Below are positions 30,060-39,427 of a stretch of 64,000 bases of DNA, piece by piece. This DNA comes from an uncultured Enterobacteriaceae bacterium (GTDB lineage Bacteria; Pseudomonadota; Gammaproteobacteria; Burkholderiales; SG8-39), in the NCBI GenBank assembly GCA_964617355.1, contig CAZTXP010000146.1, positions 6,371 through 70,370 on the forward strand, in the 5' to 3' direction. The notes under the pieces were generated by a model. It searched no databases. It was given only the letters and a program-made list of their open reading frames with translations, and had not been told where the DNA came from. The position numbers and the translations under genes are program-made. Every line of letters begins with the position of its first letter. Position 1 is the stretch's first letter.

Positions 30060-30302
30060 TCAGGCGATCTCGATGTCGCGCACGCGCATGGCGTGGCCGG
30101 GGATGCGTTCGATGTCGAGCCGCGCGCCGCTCGCGCAGCCCTCGCGCGCGACGACCTCGAAGGCGAAGGCGAGCGCCTCGGGTTCGACGCAGGCCGCGTC
30201 GCCCAGGTCGAGGCGCACCGAGGCGACGCGCGTCGCGCCGTGCTTGCGGGCCGCGGCCTCCACGATCGCGAGCATGTCCTGCGCGAGGCTCAGTTCGTGC
30301 AT
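30060..30302 (-). CDS. hypA: HypA-like hydrogenase nickel-insertion protein, truncated (80 aa, no CxxC zinc-finger)
   Basis: [26 protein letters not shown].. aligns with the HypA N-terminus. The C-terminus ..RVRDIEIA aligns with the HypA end. The two CxxC motifs are absent. Confidence 0.7.
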   Translation of the reverse strand: MHELSLAQDMLAIVEAAARKHGATRVASVRLDLGDAACVEPEALAFAFEVVAREGCASGARLDIERIPGHAMRVRDIEIA

Positions 30303-30793
30303 GGCGGGGCCTCCGCGACGCGGTCCCAGTACGCAGGATCGGGGTGCGAAAGCAGGTCGCGGGCGAGTCGCGTCGCGGCGGCGAGCCGCGCTTCGGCTTG
30401 CGCGTCCATCGCCGCGCCGAGTTCGAAGCGCTCGCCGCGGATCGCCAGCAGCCACGCCTCCGGCGCCGTGGCGCCGGCGATGTCCTCGCGCACCGACAGC
30501 AGGGCTTGCGGGCTGAGCGCGTGCGTGGTGAAGCTGCGGTCGCGGGCGGGCGCGACGCGCGTGAGGGCGTAGGGCGCAGGTGCGCGCGTGCTCGCGTCCA
30601 CGAACAGCACTTGCGCCGCGCCATCGAGGTCGAGCGCGTGCTCCGGTTGCAGCTGGAAATCCCAAAGGAACCCATGCTCGCGCCAGTCCGGGTGGCTCGC
30701 CGCCTCGGCCTCTAGCGATGCGAGCAGCATCGGCCCGAGCGCGTCGTCGCCGCGGCCGGGATTGCCCCATCCGAGGACCAGGACGCGACTCAT
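30290..30793 (-). CDS. hoxW: Hydrogenase maturation endopeptidase (HoxW/HyaD family)
   Basis: [20 protein letters not shown] and ..HALS.. metal-binding residues. Lies directly downstream of the large subunit. Confidence 0.75.
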   Translation of the reverse strand: MSRVLVLGWGNPGRGDDALGPMLLASLEAEAASHPDWREHGFLWDFQLQPEHALDLDGAAQVLFVDASTRAPAPYALTRVAPARDRSFTTHALSPQALLSVREDIAGATAPEAWLLAIRGERFELGAAMDAQAEARLAAATRLARDLLSHPDPAYWDRVAEAPPCTN

Positions 30794-32289
30794 GCGGGGC
30801 GCACCGTGCCGTCGGCGTCGCGCGCCAGGGCCGACACGCGTTCACCTGACGCGTCGATCAGCTCGATCTCGAGCGGCATGCGTCCGAGCGCGTGCGTGGC
30901 GCAGGAGAGGCAGGGGTCGTAGGCGCGGATCGCGACCTCGACGTGGTTCAGCAGCGGCTCGGTGACCTCGTGGCCGTCGAGGTGCTGCAGGGCGACCACG
31001 CGCACCGCCTCGTTCATCGCCTGGTTGTTGTGCGTGGTCGAGACGATGAGATTGCAGCGCACGACCTGGTCGTTCTCGTCGATGCGGTAGTGGTGGATCA
31101 GCGTGCCGCGCGGCGCCTCGATCACGCCGACGCCGCGGAACTGGCGTTCACCCGGCACCACGAGTTCGCCCGAGAGGAGATCCGGGTCCGCAAGCAGCGC
31201 CTCGATGCCCTCGGCCGCGTGCAGCATCTCGATCATGCGCGCCCAGTGGTAGGCCAGCGAGGCGTGGCGTGCCGAGCCGCCGTCGTGGGTGACGAGTTCC
31301 TGGCGCGCGGCTTCGGCCAGTGGCGTCGGGATGAAGTCGCAATTGAACACCCGCGCCAGCGGGCCGACGCGATACCAGCCGTCCTCGGCGCCGAGCGCGC
31401 GGATGAACGGGAACTTCATGTAGGACCACGGTTTCACCACCTCGTGCAGCACCTCGCCGTAGGCGGCGGGGTCGTGCTGGTCGAAAAGGATCGCGCCCGA
31501 GGCGTCGCGCGCCCGGAGCTTGCCGTCGTAGAGTTCCATGCCGCCATCGGCGCGCACCAGGGACAGCACCGGCGAGCGCAGTGCGGCGAAGTCGCGTGCG
31601 GATTCCTTGCCGTCGACGTAGAGGCGCTTCGCGATCTCGACGGCTTCGCGGCTCCATGCGAGGGTCTGCGCGAGGTCCTTGAGCAACTCGTCGCGCTCGG
31701 CGGCCGAGAGGCGCTTGTTCACGCCGCCCGGCACCGCCAGGGACCCGTGCACGCGCTTGCCGGCGGTGATGCGGATCACCTCCTGCCCGTACTTCCGGAG
31801 CAGCACGCCCTTCTTCGCGACTTCGGGGAAGGCCGCGGCCACCGCGAGCACGTGGCGCTTCTCCACCGGCGCATCGAAGCCGAAGAGCAGGTCCGGCGAC
31901 GACAGGTGGAAGAAATGCAGCGCGTGCGACTGCAGCACCTGCCCGAAATGCAAGAGGCGCCGCATCTTGTCGGCGGTGGGCGTGAGCTTCGTTGCGCCGG
32001 CGAGCATGTCCACGGCCTTCGCGCCGGCGAGGTGGTGGCTCACCGGGCAGATGCCGCAGAGGCGCTGCACCATCACCGGCACCTCCCAGTAGGGCCGGCC
32101 CTGCACGAACTTCTCGAAGCCGCGGAACTCGACGATGTGGAAGCGCGCCTGCTGTACGCGGTTGGATTCGTCGAGCAGCAGCGTCACCTTGCCGTGGCCT
32201 TCGACGCGCGTGACCGGCTCGATCACCACGCGGCGCAGGTTTTCCGGATTCGGTGTCGATTCGAGGCGGGAGGCGGGAGTGGGGCTCAT
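30790..32289 (-). CDS. hoxH: [NiFe] hydrogenase large subunit, NAD-reducing (group 3d) HoxH-like
   Basis: N-terminal RVEGHG and RLCGICPVSH. C-terminal DPCLSCATH followed by a cleavable extension. Confidence 0.9.
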   Translation of the reverse strand: MSPTPASRLESTPNPENLRRVVIEPVTRVEGHGKVTLLLDESNRVQQARFHIVEFRGFEKFVQGRPYWEVPVMVQRLCGICPVSHHLAGAKAVDMLAGATKLTPTADKMRRLLHFGQVLQSHALHFFHLSSPDLLFGFDAPVEKRHVLAVAAAFPEVAKKGVLLRKYGQEVIRITAGKRVHGSLAVPGGVNKRLSAAERDELLKDLAQTLAWSREAVEIAKRLYVDGKESARDFAALRSPVLSLVRADGGMELYDGKLRARDASGAILFDQHDPAAYGEVLHEVVKPWSYMKFPFIRALGAEDGWYRVGPLARVFNCDFIPTPLAEAARQELVTHDGGSARHASLAYHWARMIEMLHAAEGIEALLADPDLLSGELVVPGERQFRGVGVIEAPRGTLIHHYRIDENDQVVRCNLIVSTTHNNQAMNEAVRVVALQHLDGHEVTEPLLNHVEVAIRAYDPCLSCATHALGRMPLEIELIDASGERVSALARDADGTVRPA

Positions 32290-32296
32290 GGGTGGC

Positions 32297-32836
32297 TCAG
32301 TCGTAGCGCACGGCCGCGGGATCGAGCGTCGGGGTGCGGCCGGCGATCAGGTCGGTGAAGAACTTCGAGAAGGTGTCGGCCGACGGCGGGCAGCCGGGCA
32401 GGAAGTAGTCGACGCGCACCACCTCCTGGATCGGGTGCACTTTGTCGAAGGGTAGCGGCAGTTCGCGGTCGTTCGGGATCACGTGGCCCTCGGTGCCGGG
32501 CTCGTACTGGTAGACCTCGCGGAAGCATTCCCAGAGGCTGACGTTGTTCCGCATCGCGGGCACGCCGCCGGTGATCGCGCAGGCGCCGACCGCGACCAGG
32601 ATGCGGCAGTTCTGGCGGAAGGCCTTCAGCACGTGAACGTTTTCGGCATTGCACAGGCCGCCTTCCACCAGCCCGACGTCGCAGGGCCCGACCTTCTTGA
32701 TGTCGTTGATCGGCGAGCGGTCGAACTCCACGTGCTGCGCGAGTTCGAGGATGCGCTCGTCGATGTCGAGCAGCGACATGTGGCAGCCGAAGCAGCCGGC
32801 CAGCGAACAGGTGGCGACGCGCAGTTTCTCAGCCAC
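32297..32836 (-). CDS. hoxY: [NiFe] hydrogenase small subunit HoxY-like
   Basis: GTG start after AAGGAG (MAEKLRVATCSLAGCFGCHMS). Group-3 small-subunit Cys pattern. Confidence 0.8.
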   Translation of the reverse strand: MAEKLRVATCSLAGCFGCHMSLLDIDERILELAQHVEFDRSPINDIKKVGPCDVGLVEGGLCNAENVHVLKAFRQNCRILVAVGACAITGGVPAMRNNVSLWECFREVYQYEPGTEGHVIPNDRELPLPFDKVHPIQEVVRVDYFLPGCPPSADTFSKFFTDLIAGRTPTLDPAAVRYD

Positions 32837-33572
32837 GGCGCGGCTCCTTGTCGAGTGAATAGTCCTTCGCCTGTCGCGCCTCGGTGATCGCGACTTCGCG
32901 GATCGGATGCTTGTCGAAGGTGCGCTCGCCGATCGGCACCTGGTAGGCGCGGCGCTTGGGCAGCAGCGCGCCGACGGGGCACACGCGCACCGCGGCATCG
33001 GTCACCTCGACCTTCGAGTCGCGCAACAGGCCCGTGGGGGAATCCACCACCAGTCGCGAGCGGATGCCGCGCCCGGCGATGGCGAAGGCGCGCTTGCCGT
33101 CGACGTCGCGGCTGGCGCGCACGCAGAGGTCGCAGAGGATGCAGCGGTTGCGGTCGAGCAGCACGTCCGGATGCGAGGCGTCGAGGTCGCGCGCCGGGAA
33201 GAAGTGCTCGAACCGCGAGTGGTCCATGCCGACGTGATAGCCCACCGCCTGCAGCTCGCAGTCGCCGCTCTTCTCGCAGGCGGGGCAGGCGTGGTTGCCC
33301 TCCGCGAACAGCATTTCGACCAGCGCGCGGCGCATGTCGATGAGTTCCGGCGTCGCGCTCTCGACCTTCATGCCGGTGCGCGCGCGCGTGGTGCACGAGG
33401 CCGCGTTGCGGCCGTCGATCGCTACCGTGCAGACCTTGCAGCTGCCGTGCGGCTCGTACCCGGGCCGATGGCACAGGTGCGGGATGTACGCGCCGGCGTC
33501 GAGCGCCGCCTGCATCACCGTCTCGCCCTCGCGGAAGGGGATCTCGCGGCCGTCGAGCGTGAAGGTGCTCAT
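32829..33572 (-). CDS. hoxU: NAD-reducing hydrogenase diaphorase subunit HoxU (2Fe-2S + 4Fe-4S, NuoG-like)
   Basis: MSTFTLDGREI.., the CHRPGYEPHGSCKVC 2Fe-2S cluster, and a CILCDLCVRAS 4Fe-4S motif. Confidence 0.85.
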   Translation of the reverse strand: MSTFTLDGREIPFREGETVMQAALDAGAYIPHLCHRPGYEPHGSCKVCTVAIDGRNAASCTTRARTGMKVESATPELIDMRRALVEMLFAEGNHACPACEKSGDCELQAVGYHVGMDHSRFEHFFPARDLDASHPDVLLDRNRCILCDLCVRASRDVDGKRAFAIAGRGIRSRLVVDSPTGLLRDSKVEVTDAAVRVCPVGALLPKRRAYQVPIGERTFDKHPIREVAITEARQAKDYSLDKEPRRG

Positions 33573-35356
33573 GGGGTTTCGCTTTCGATGTGCGCCCACT
33601 CGTCGTCGCGGCCGGTGATCAGGCGCGCGGTGCCGAGCGCGGCGTCGAGGTCGAAGGAGGGCTCGTAGTCGAGGTTCACCAGCCGCCGCTCGAAGGACTC
33701 GGGGAAGGCCTGCATCGCCTGCACCACCGGCCGCGCGGCGGTGTGGCCGAGGCCGCAGTGGCTCATCGCCTGCAGCACGCGCATCAGCATCTTCATGCGG
33801 TCCATGTCCCAGGCGCTGCCCTTGCCCTCGGCGAGCTTGTCCATGGTGTTGCGCAGGAGCGAGGTGCCGACGCGGCACGGCGTGCAGAAGCCGCAACTCT
33901 CGTGCGCGAAGAAGTGCGTGAAGTTGCGCGCCACGTCGAACATGTCGCGGTTGCGCGAGAACACCATCAGCGCGCCTGCCGTGGGCACGTCCTCGAACGA
34001 CAGCTTCCGGTCGAAGTCGCGCCAGGGAAGGCACGTGCCCGAGGGGCCGCCGACCTGCACCGCCTGCGGCTGCTGCGCGCCTGCGTCCGCGAGTACCTGC
34101 TTGAGGCTCGCGCCGAAGGGCACCTCGTAGATGCCGGGGCGCTTCACGTCACCCGAGAGGCTGAGAAGCTTCGTTCCGGTGGAACCCGGCGTGCCGAGCG
34201 TGGCGAACCACGCGCCGCCGCGCTCGAGGATCTTCGCCGCGCAGGCGTAGGTCTCGACGTTGTTCACCACCGAGGGCTGGCCCTGGAAGCCGAAGGTGTC
34301 GGGGTAGGGCGGCCGATTGCGCGGACGACCGGGCTTGCCTTCGAGCGACTCGATCAGCGCCGACTCCTCGCCGCAGATGTACGCGCCCGCGCCGAGCACG
34401 ATCTCGATGTCGAACGCGTAGCCGGGAGAACCGAGGATGTGCTCGCCCAGCAGGCCGGCCTTGCGGCGCCGCTCCAGCACTGCGTTCAGTCCCTCGTGCA
34501 GCGACAGGTACTCGCCGCGCAGGTACAGGAAGCCCTTCGTGGCGCCGAGCACGCGCGCGGCGATCGTCATGCCCTCGAAGACGAGGTCGGCGTGGCTTTT
34601 CAGCAGCACGCGATCCTTGAAGGTGCCGGGCTCGCCTTCGTCGGCGTTGCAGATGACGTAGTGCGCCTTGCCATTCGCCTTGCGGGCCGATCCCCACTTG
34701 GCTGCGGTCTTGAAGCCGGCGCCGCCGCGGCCGCGCAGGTTGGCCGCATCCAGTTCGGCGAGGATGCCGTCCGCCCCGACGGCGAGCGCGCGGCGCAGGG
34801 CCGCGCCCGGCTCGAAGGGCTCGCCGATCAGCGGCCCGGCCTTGCGGACGTTGTCGGGCACGTCGAACAGCGTGGCGGGCCAATGCTCGAGCGCGCGCTG
34901 CTCGCGGATCAGGTTGGCGATCAGGTCGAGCTTGTTGCGATCCAGCGCTGGCACGAGGCGCCCGTTGACCAGCGCACCGGGGGGCTGGTCGGCGAGTCCG
35001 ATGTCCGAGGTGCTGTCGACGAACACCAGGCCGTCCTCGCTCAGCTTGCCGGGTTCGACGAGCAGGCCGTCGCAGAAGCCGCGCATCAACTCGGCCTTGC
35101 CGGCCATGTGGTCGATGACGTTATCCGAGAACAGGATCTCGTAGCACCCGTGCGGCTTGTCGTGCAGCAGGTGGTAGAAGCTCGACGTGGCCTCGACCTC
35201 GGCGCGGGTGAGGCCCACAGCCGCGGCGATGCGCTCGAGCGACTCGGGCGGCACGCAGCCCAGTTCGGACTGCACGCTCCGAAGGATGGCCAGCAGGCGC
35301 CACGGCTCGTTCCCGTGGCGCGCGATGGCACGATCGACGGCGGGGTTCGGGTCCAT
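33569..35356 (-). CDS. hoxF: NAD-reducing hydrogenase diaphorase subunit HoxF (NuoE-NuoF fusion; NAD/FMN binding)
   Basis: 595 aa. Thioredoxin-like 2Fe-2S N-terminus, GxGxxG FMN/NADH sites, and an ESCGFCTPCR 4Fe-4S motif. Confidence 0.9.
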   Translation of the reverse strand: MDPNPAVDRAIARHGNEPWRLLAILRSVQSELGCVPPESLERIAAAVGLTRAEVEATSSFYHLLHDKPHGCYEILFSDNVIDHMAGKAELMRGFCDGLLVEPGKLSEDGLVFVDSTSDIGLADQPPGALVNGRLVPALDRNKLDLIANLIREQRALEHWPATLFDVPDNVRKAGPLIGEPFEPGAALRRALAVGADGILAELDAANLRGRGGAGFKTAAKWGSARKANGKAHYVICNADEGEPGTFKDRVLLKSHADLVFEGMTIAARVLGATKGFLYLRGEYLSLHEGLNAVLERRRKAGLLGEHILGSPGYAFDIEIVLGAGAYICGEESALIESLEGKPGRPRNRPPYPDTFGFQGQPSVVNNVETYACAAKILERGGAWFATLGTPGSTGTKLLSLSGDVKRPGIYEVPFGASLKQVLADAGAQQPQAVQVGGPSGTCLPWRDFDRKLSFEDVPTAGALMVFSRNRDMFDVARNFTHFFAHESCGFCTPCRVGTSLLRNTMDKLAEGKGSAWDMDRMKMLMRVLQAMSHCGLGHTAARPVVQAMQAFPESFERRLVNLDYEPSFDLDAALGTARLITGRDDEWAHIESETP

Positions 35357-35491
35357 GGCTTTTCGCCTTGCGTTGTGGCAAACCCAGTATGGAAGGGCGG
35401 GGTGGTTCGCACTTGAGGCAGGTCAAGCCTGCGGCGGCGTCCGGGCTTGGCTTATCCTCGCGTCTTTCGTTTTCGACCCTTGGAGCGACGA

Positions 35492-36442
35492 ATGACCCGC
35501 GTGCTGATCTGGGCGAAAGACCCTGCTCCCTACCGGGCGGCGCTGGAGCGCGCCGGACTCGGCGGCCGGCTGGTCATCGACACCGCGAAGGTGGGCGAGA
35601 AGCCGTCGCCCGAGGCGCTGGCGGGCGCCGAGGTGCTGATGGCCGTGAACGTGCCGGCCGGGGCGGTGGGAGAGATGCCGAAGCTGCGCTGGGTGCAGTC
35701 CGGGTCGGTGGGCGTGGACCACTGGCTCTCGCGCCCGGACCTGAAGCCCGCAGTGCAGCTCACCTGCGCGCGCGGCACGCACCGCGTGTCGATGCCCGAG
35801 AACATCCTCGGCGCGTTGTTCAGCGCCACCAAGCCCTTCCTCGCGGCGGCCGAGCAGCAGAAGGCATCGAAGTGGGTGAACCGCGTCTCCGAGACGCTGG
35901 CCGGCAAGACGCTCGGCATCCTCGGCCTCGGCGCGATCGGCCTCGAAGTCGCGAAGAAGGCGGTCGCGCTCGAGATGCGCGTCGTCGGCACCAAGAAGAC
36001 GCCCGGCGCGCTGCCGAACGTGGAGAAGGCCTACGCGCCCGCGCAGATCGACGAAGTGCTGGCGCAGTCGGACTTCGTCGTGCTGCTCCTGCCGCTCACG
36101 CCCGAGACCGAGAACCTGATGGACGCCGCACGCTTCGCGAAGATGAAGCCAACGGCGTGGTTCATCAACTTCGGTCGCGGCGCCTCGGTGGTCGATGCCG
36201 ACCTGATCGCCGCGGTGAAGGCGAAGCGCATCGCCGGCGCGATCCTCGACGTGTTCCGCAAGGAGCCGCTGCCCGCCGACGACCCGTTCTGGACCGCCGA
36301 GGGCATCCGCGTGCTGCCGCACATCGGCGGCTTCCAGAAGGAGCGCGACGACATCGTCGCCGCGCAGTTCGTCGACAACATGCGCCGATTCCTCGACGGG
36401 CAGCCGCTCGCCGAGGTGGTGGACCGGGCTCGCGGGTATTGA
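35492..36442 (+). CDS. D-isomer-specific 2-hydroxyacid dehydrogenase family protein
   Basis: GILGLGAIG NAD-binding motif and a catalytic His in ..LPHIGG... The stop overlaps the next start (TGATG). Confidence 0.8.
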   Translation: MTRVLIWAKDPAPYRAALERAGLGGRLVIDTAKVGEKPSPEALAGAEVLMAVNVPAGAVGEMPKLRWVQSGSVGVDHWLSRPDLKPAVQLTCARGTHRVSMPENILGALFSATKPFLAAAEQQKASKWVNRVSETLAGKTLGILGLGAIGLEVAKKAVALEMRVVGTKKTPGALPNVEKAYAPAQIDEVLAQSDFVVLLLPLTPETENLMDAARFAKMKPTAWFINFGRGASVVDADLIAAVKAKRIAGAILDVFRKEPLPADDPFWTAEGIRVLPHIGGFQKERDDIVAAQFVDNMRRFLDGQPLAEVVDRARGY

Positions 36443-39414
36443 TGCCGCGACGGTTTGTCGCCCTTGCGGCCGCGCTCCTTGCCGTACTGGCCGTCGCGCC
36501 GGCGGTCGCGCAGGAAGACGAGGACGCGAACAGCGAGGCTCGCGCCGCCGCGAAGCAGGTGCTCGCGCGGCCGATCCCCCCCGAAACCGAGGTCGGCGTG
36601 CGGATCCAGGCGCTCTTCCAGCGCGCGGAAGCCTTTCGCGCGCTCGGCGACCTGCAGGGACAGGTCGGCGAATTGCGCAAGGCGCACGTCGCGGCGGGTG
36701 GGGGTCACGCCAGGGTCGCTCACCTACTCGCGAGCGCGACCCATCTCGCGGGCGACTGGGACGAGGCGCGCCGCATTCGCGAGGATCAGCTCACGCGGGA
36801 CCTGACACCGGTGGATCGCTTCACCCACCTCGTCGGCCTGGCCGGGTACCACGTCGAGCTCGCGGAGCTGTCGAAGGCCGAGTCGCGCCTCGAAGAAGCG
36901 CGCAAGCTCATGCTGGAGCGTCCCCGGAGCGCGTGGCACGACGCGATGTACAACTGGGCTCGCTCGCGCATCCTGGTGCTACGCGGCAAGCTGGGCGAGG
37001 CCGAGAGTGCGGCGCGACAGGGTGTCGTGGCGATCCAGCGCTATGTAGAGGAACGCGGGCCGAAGCCCGATCCGCAGCTGCTCTACCTGCGCAACCTCAT
37101 CGAGGCGCACCACGCGATCACGCTGCGCCGGCTCGCGCGCTTCACCGACGCCGAATGGGTACTCCGCGACACGCTCGGGCGCTCGACGCGCGAGACGGGG
37201 GCGGAATCGGTGCAATCCGCGCGCATCCTGGTCGACCTCGCCGAGAACCTGCTCCGGCAGGGGCGCGTGCGCGACGCGCAGGGATACCTCGAGCGTGCCG
37301 CCGCGGCCATTTCGAAGTCGGGCTTGAGCTCCTCGGCCCACGTCGCGAACCGGCACCTACTGCTGCGCGGATGGGCCGGCGCGCTTGCGGGTCGCGACGC
37401 CGACGCGATCGCCGCTTTCGAGGAACGTGCCCGCGGCATGCCGAAGACGGGCTGGAGCGGCTCGATCGTCTGGGGGTACGCGCAGGTCCGCCAGGGCAAC
37501 GCCGCCTCCGCCCTGCCGATGCTCGAGGAGCACTGGCGTCGCGCGCGAGCGCAATCGACCACCAGCTACACCGTGCGCGAAAGGGCCGGCATGTACGCGG
37601 TCGCGTTGCATCGCGCAGGACGCAAGGCCGAGGCGGCAAAGGTGTTCTCGGAGAACATGCCGGCGCTGGTCGAGATCCGGCGGCGGCAGCGCTCCGTGGA
37701 TCGCGCCGACGTGATGCTCGATACCTATGCGCGCTGGATCGTCGACGGATACCTCGAGCACCTCGCGGAACGGGCGGAGGGCGGCGACGCCGCCGCTGTC
37801 GAGACGGCGTTCGCGATGGCCGAGGCGGTGCGCGGCTCCGCGGTGCAGCGCGCGCTCTCGCTCGCCGCGACGCGCGCCAGCTTGCCCGACGCGGAACTGG
37901 CGGAGCTTGCGCGCGAGGAACAGGACCTCGGCAATCGCCACGGCTCGCTGAGCCGGATCGTGGAGGAACTTCTGCGGCGGCCCGCCGCGCTGCGTCCGGC
38001 GAGCACGATCGCCGCGATACGTTCCGATATCGAAGGCATCGGGCGCGAGCGAGAAGCGCTGCGCGCCCGGATCGCGCGCCAGTTCCCGCGCTATGCCGAC
38101 CTCATCGAGCCGCGCGCGGTCACCATGGAAACCGTGCGCGGCCTGCTGCGCCCTGGCGAGGCGCTGCTCGCCACCTATACCAGCGAGACCGAGACCTACG
38201 CCTGGGTGATCCGCGCATCCGGGCCGCCCCGCTTCGCGCGCGTGCGCGTCGGGTCGGCGGCCCTCGCGCAGGCGGTCGGCAAGCTCCGCCGCGCGCTCGA
38301 CGTGGGGAGCGCTTCGCTCGCCGCGTTCCCCGAGTTCGACGTCGAGGGCGCGCGCTCCCTGTACGACGCGCTGCTCAAGCCGGTGGAGGCGGGGTGGTCG
38401 GGGGCGGCGTCGTTGATAGCGGTGCCGCACGGCGCGCTCGCGCAATTGCCCCTCGCGCTGCTCCCGTCGCGGCCCGGCGCAATGGCGGCCGGATCTTTGC
38501 GCTTCGAGGGCTATCGCCGCGTGCATTGGCTGCTGCGCGACGTGGCCGTCGTGCAGCTTCCGACAGTGGGCGCGCTGGCGGCCCTGCGTCCATCCGGCGC
38601 GGTCGCTACAGGCGCGCGTGCCTCGCGCCCGTTCGCGGGATTCGGCGACCCGAGCTTTTCGCGCGCCTCGCCAAGCGCCGCCGCGAGCCGCGGGCTGTCG
38701 GTCCGCAACCGCGACATCGTGGCCGGCGGCGACCCGGCAAAGCCGGTGTCGGCGGCGGATTTCGCGCGGCTGCCGCCGCTGCCAGATACCGCGCTCGAGA
38801 TCCGCGAGGTCGCCGCTGCGCTGAAGGCGGACCCCACGGACATCGCCCTCGGCGCCGACGCGTCGGAGACCAACGTGAAATCGCGGCCGCTCGTCGACTA
38901 CCGCGTGATCATGTTCGCGACCCACGGGCTGGTGCCAGGCGAACTAGACGGGCTGACGCAGCCCGCGCTCGCGCTGTCGAACCCGGAACTCACCGGCGAG
39001 AAGGACGCCGACGGCCTGCTGACGCTGGATGAAGTCCTCGGACTGAAGCTCGATGCGGAGTGGGTCGTGCTGTCGGCCTGCAATACTGCGGCCGCCGACG
39101 GCGCGGGCAGCGAGGCGGTGTCGGGACTCGGCAGGGCGTTCTTCTTCGCCGGCGCGCGCAGCCTGCTGGTGTCGAATTGGCCGGTCGAGACGGTGAGCGC
39201 GCGGCTCATTACCACCGACGTCTTCCAGCGCCAGGCCAGGGACACGGGGCTTTCCCGTGCCGAGGCGTTGCGCCGCGCGATGCTCGATCTCGCCGATCGC
39301 GGTACCGCTAAGGATGCCTCGGGCCGCGACGCCTTCGCCTACGCGCACCCGATGTTCTGGGCGCCATTCACGCTGGTCGGCGACGGAGGACCCGCGTCGC
39401 CTGCGGCGCGCTAG
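36442..39414 (+). CDS. Secreted CHAT-domain (caspase-like) protease with N-terminal TPR-like helical region
   Basis: Signal peptide MPRRFVALAAALLAVLAVAPAVA, about 600 aa of helical repeats, and a C-terminal CHAT core (..FATHG.. His ... LVLSACNTA Cys). Confidence 0.75.
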   Translation: MPRRFVALAAALLAVLAVAPAVAQEDEDANSEARAAAKQVLARPIPPETEVGVRIQALFQRAEAFRALGDLQGQVGELRKAHVAAGGGHARVAHLLASATHLAGDWDEARRIREDQLTRDLTPVDRFTHLVGLAGYHVELAELSKAESRLEEARKLMLERPRSAWHDAMYNWARSRILVLRGKLGEAESAARQGVVAIQRYVEERGPKPDPQLLYLRNLIEAHHAITLRRLARFTDAEWVLRDTLGRSTRETGAESVQSARILVDLAENLLRQGRVRDAQGYLERAAAAISKSGLSSSAHVANRHLLLRGWAGALAGRDADAIAAFEERARGMPKTGWSGSIVWGYAQVRQGNAASALPMLEEHWRRARAQSTTSYTVRERAGMYAVALHRAGRKAEAAKVFSENMPALVEIRRRQRSVDRADVMLDTYARWIVDGYLEHLAERAEGGDAAAVETAFAMAEAVRGSAVQRALSLAATRASLPDAELAELAREEQDLGNRHGSLSRIVEELLRRPAALRPASTIAAIRSDIEGIGREREALRARIARQFPRYADLIEPRAVTMETVRGLLRPGEALLATYTSETETYAWVIRASGPPRFARVRVGSAALAQAVGKLRRALDVGSASLAAFPEFDVEGARSLYDALLKPVEAGWSGAASLIAVPHGALAQLPLALLPSRPGAMAAGSLRFEGYRRVHWLLRDVAVVQLPTVGALAALRPSGAVATGARASRPFAGFGDPSFSRASPSAAASRGLSVRNRDIVAGGDPAKPVSAADFARLPPLPDTALEIREVAAALKADPTDIALGADASETNVKSRPLVDYRVIMFATHGLVPGELDGLTQPALALSNPELTGEKDADGLLTLDEVLGLKLDAEWVVLSACNTAAADGAGSEAVSGLGRAFFFAGARSLLVSNWPVETVSARLITTDVFQRQARDTGLSRAEALRRAMLDLADRGTAKDASGRDAFAYAHPMFWAPFTLVGDGGPASPAAR

Positions 39415-39427
39415 GCTCCGGCCCGTC

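Noticed and set aside
30790-32289. Possibility that the hydrogenase large subunit is a [NiFeSe] selenoprotein, given the Sec-containing selD nearby
   Set aside because: The C-terminal motif is DPCLSCATH with Cys, and there is no in-frame TGA.
35357-35491. Sigma-54-type promoter upstream of hoxF (TGGCA...TATGG)
   Set aside because: Spacing and the -12 GC element do not match the TGGCAC-N5-TTGCA consensus. Not supportable by eye.
35368-36441. N-terminal 358 codons of the 1348 aa ORF preceding the CHAT gene
   Set aside because: A different frame from the 2-hydroxyacid dehydrogenase gene and compositionally aberrant. The CHAT protein starts at its signal peptide (36442).
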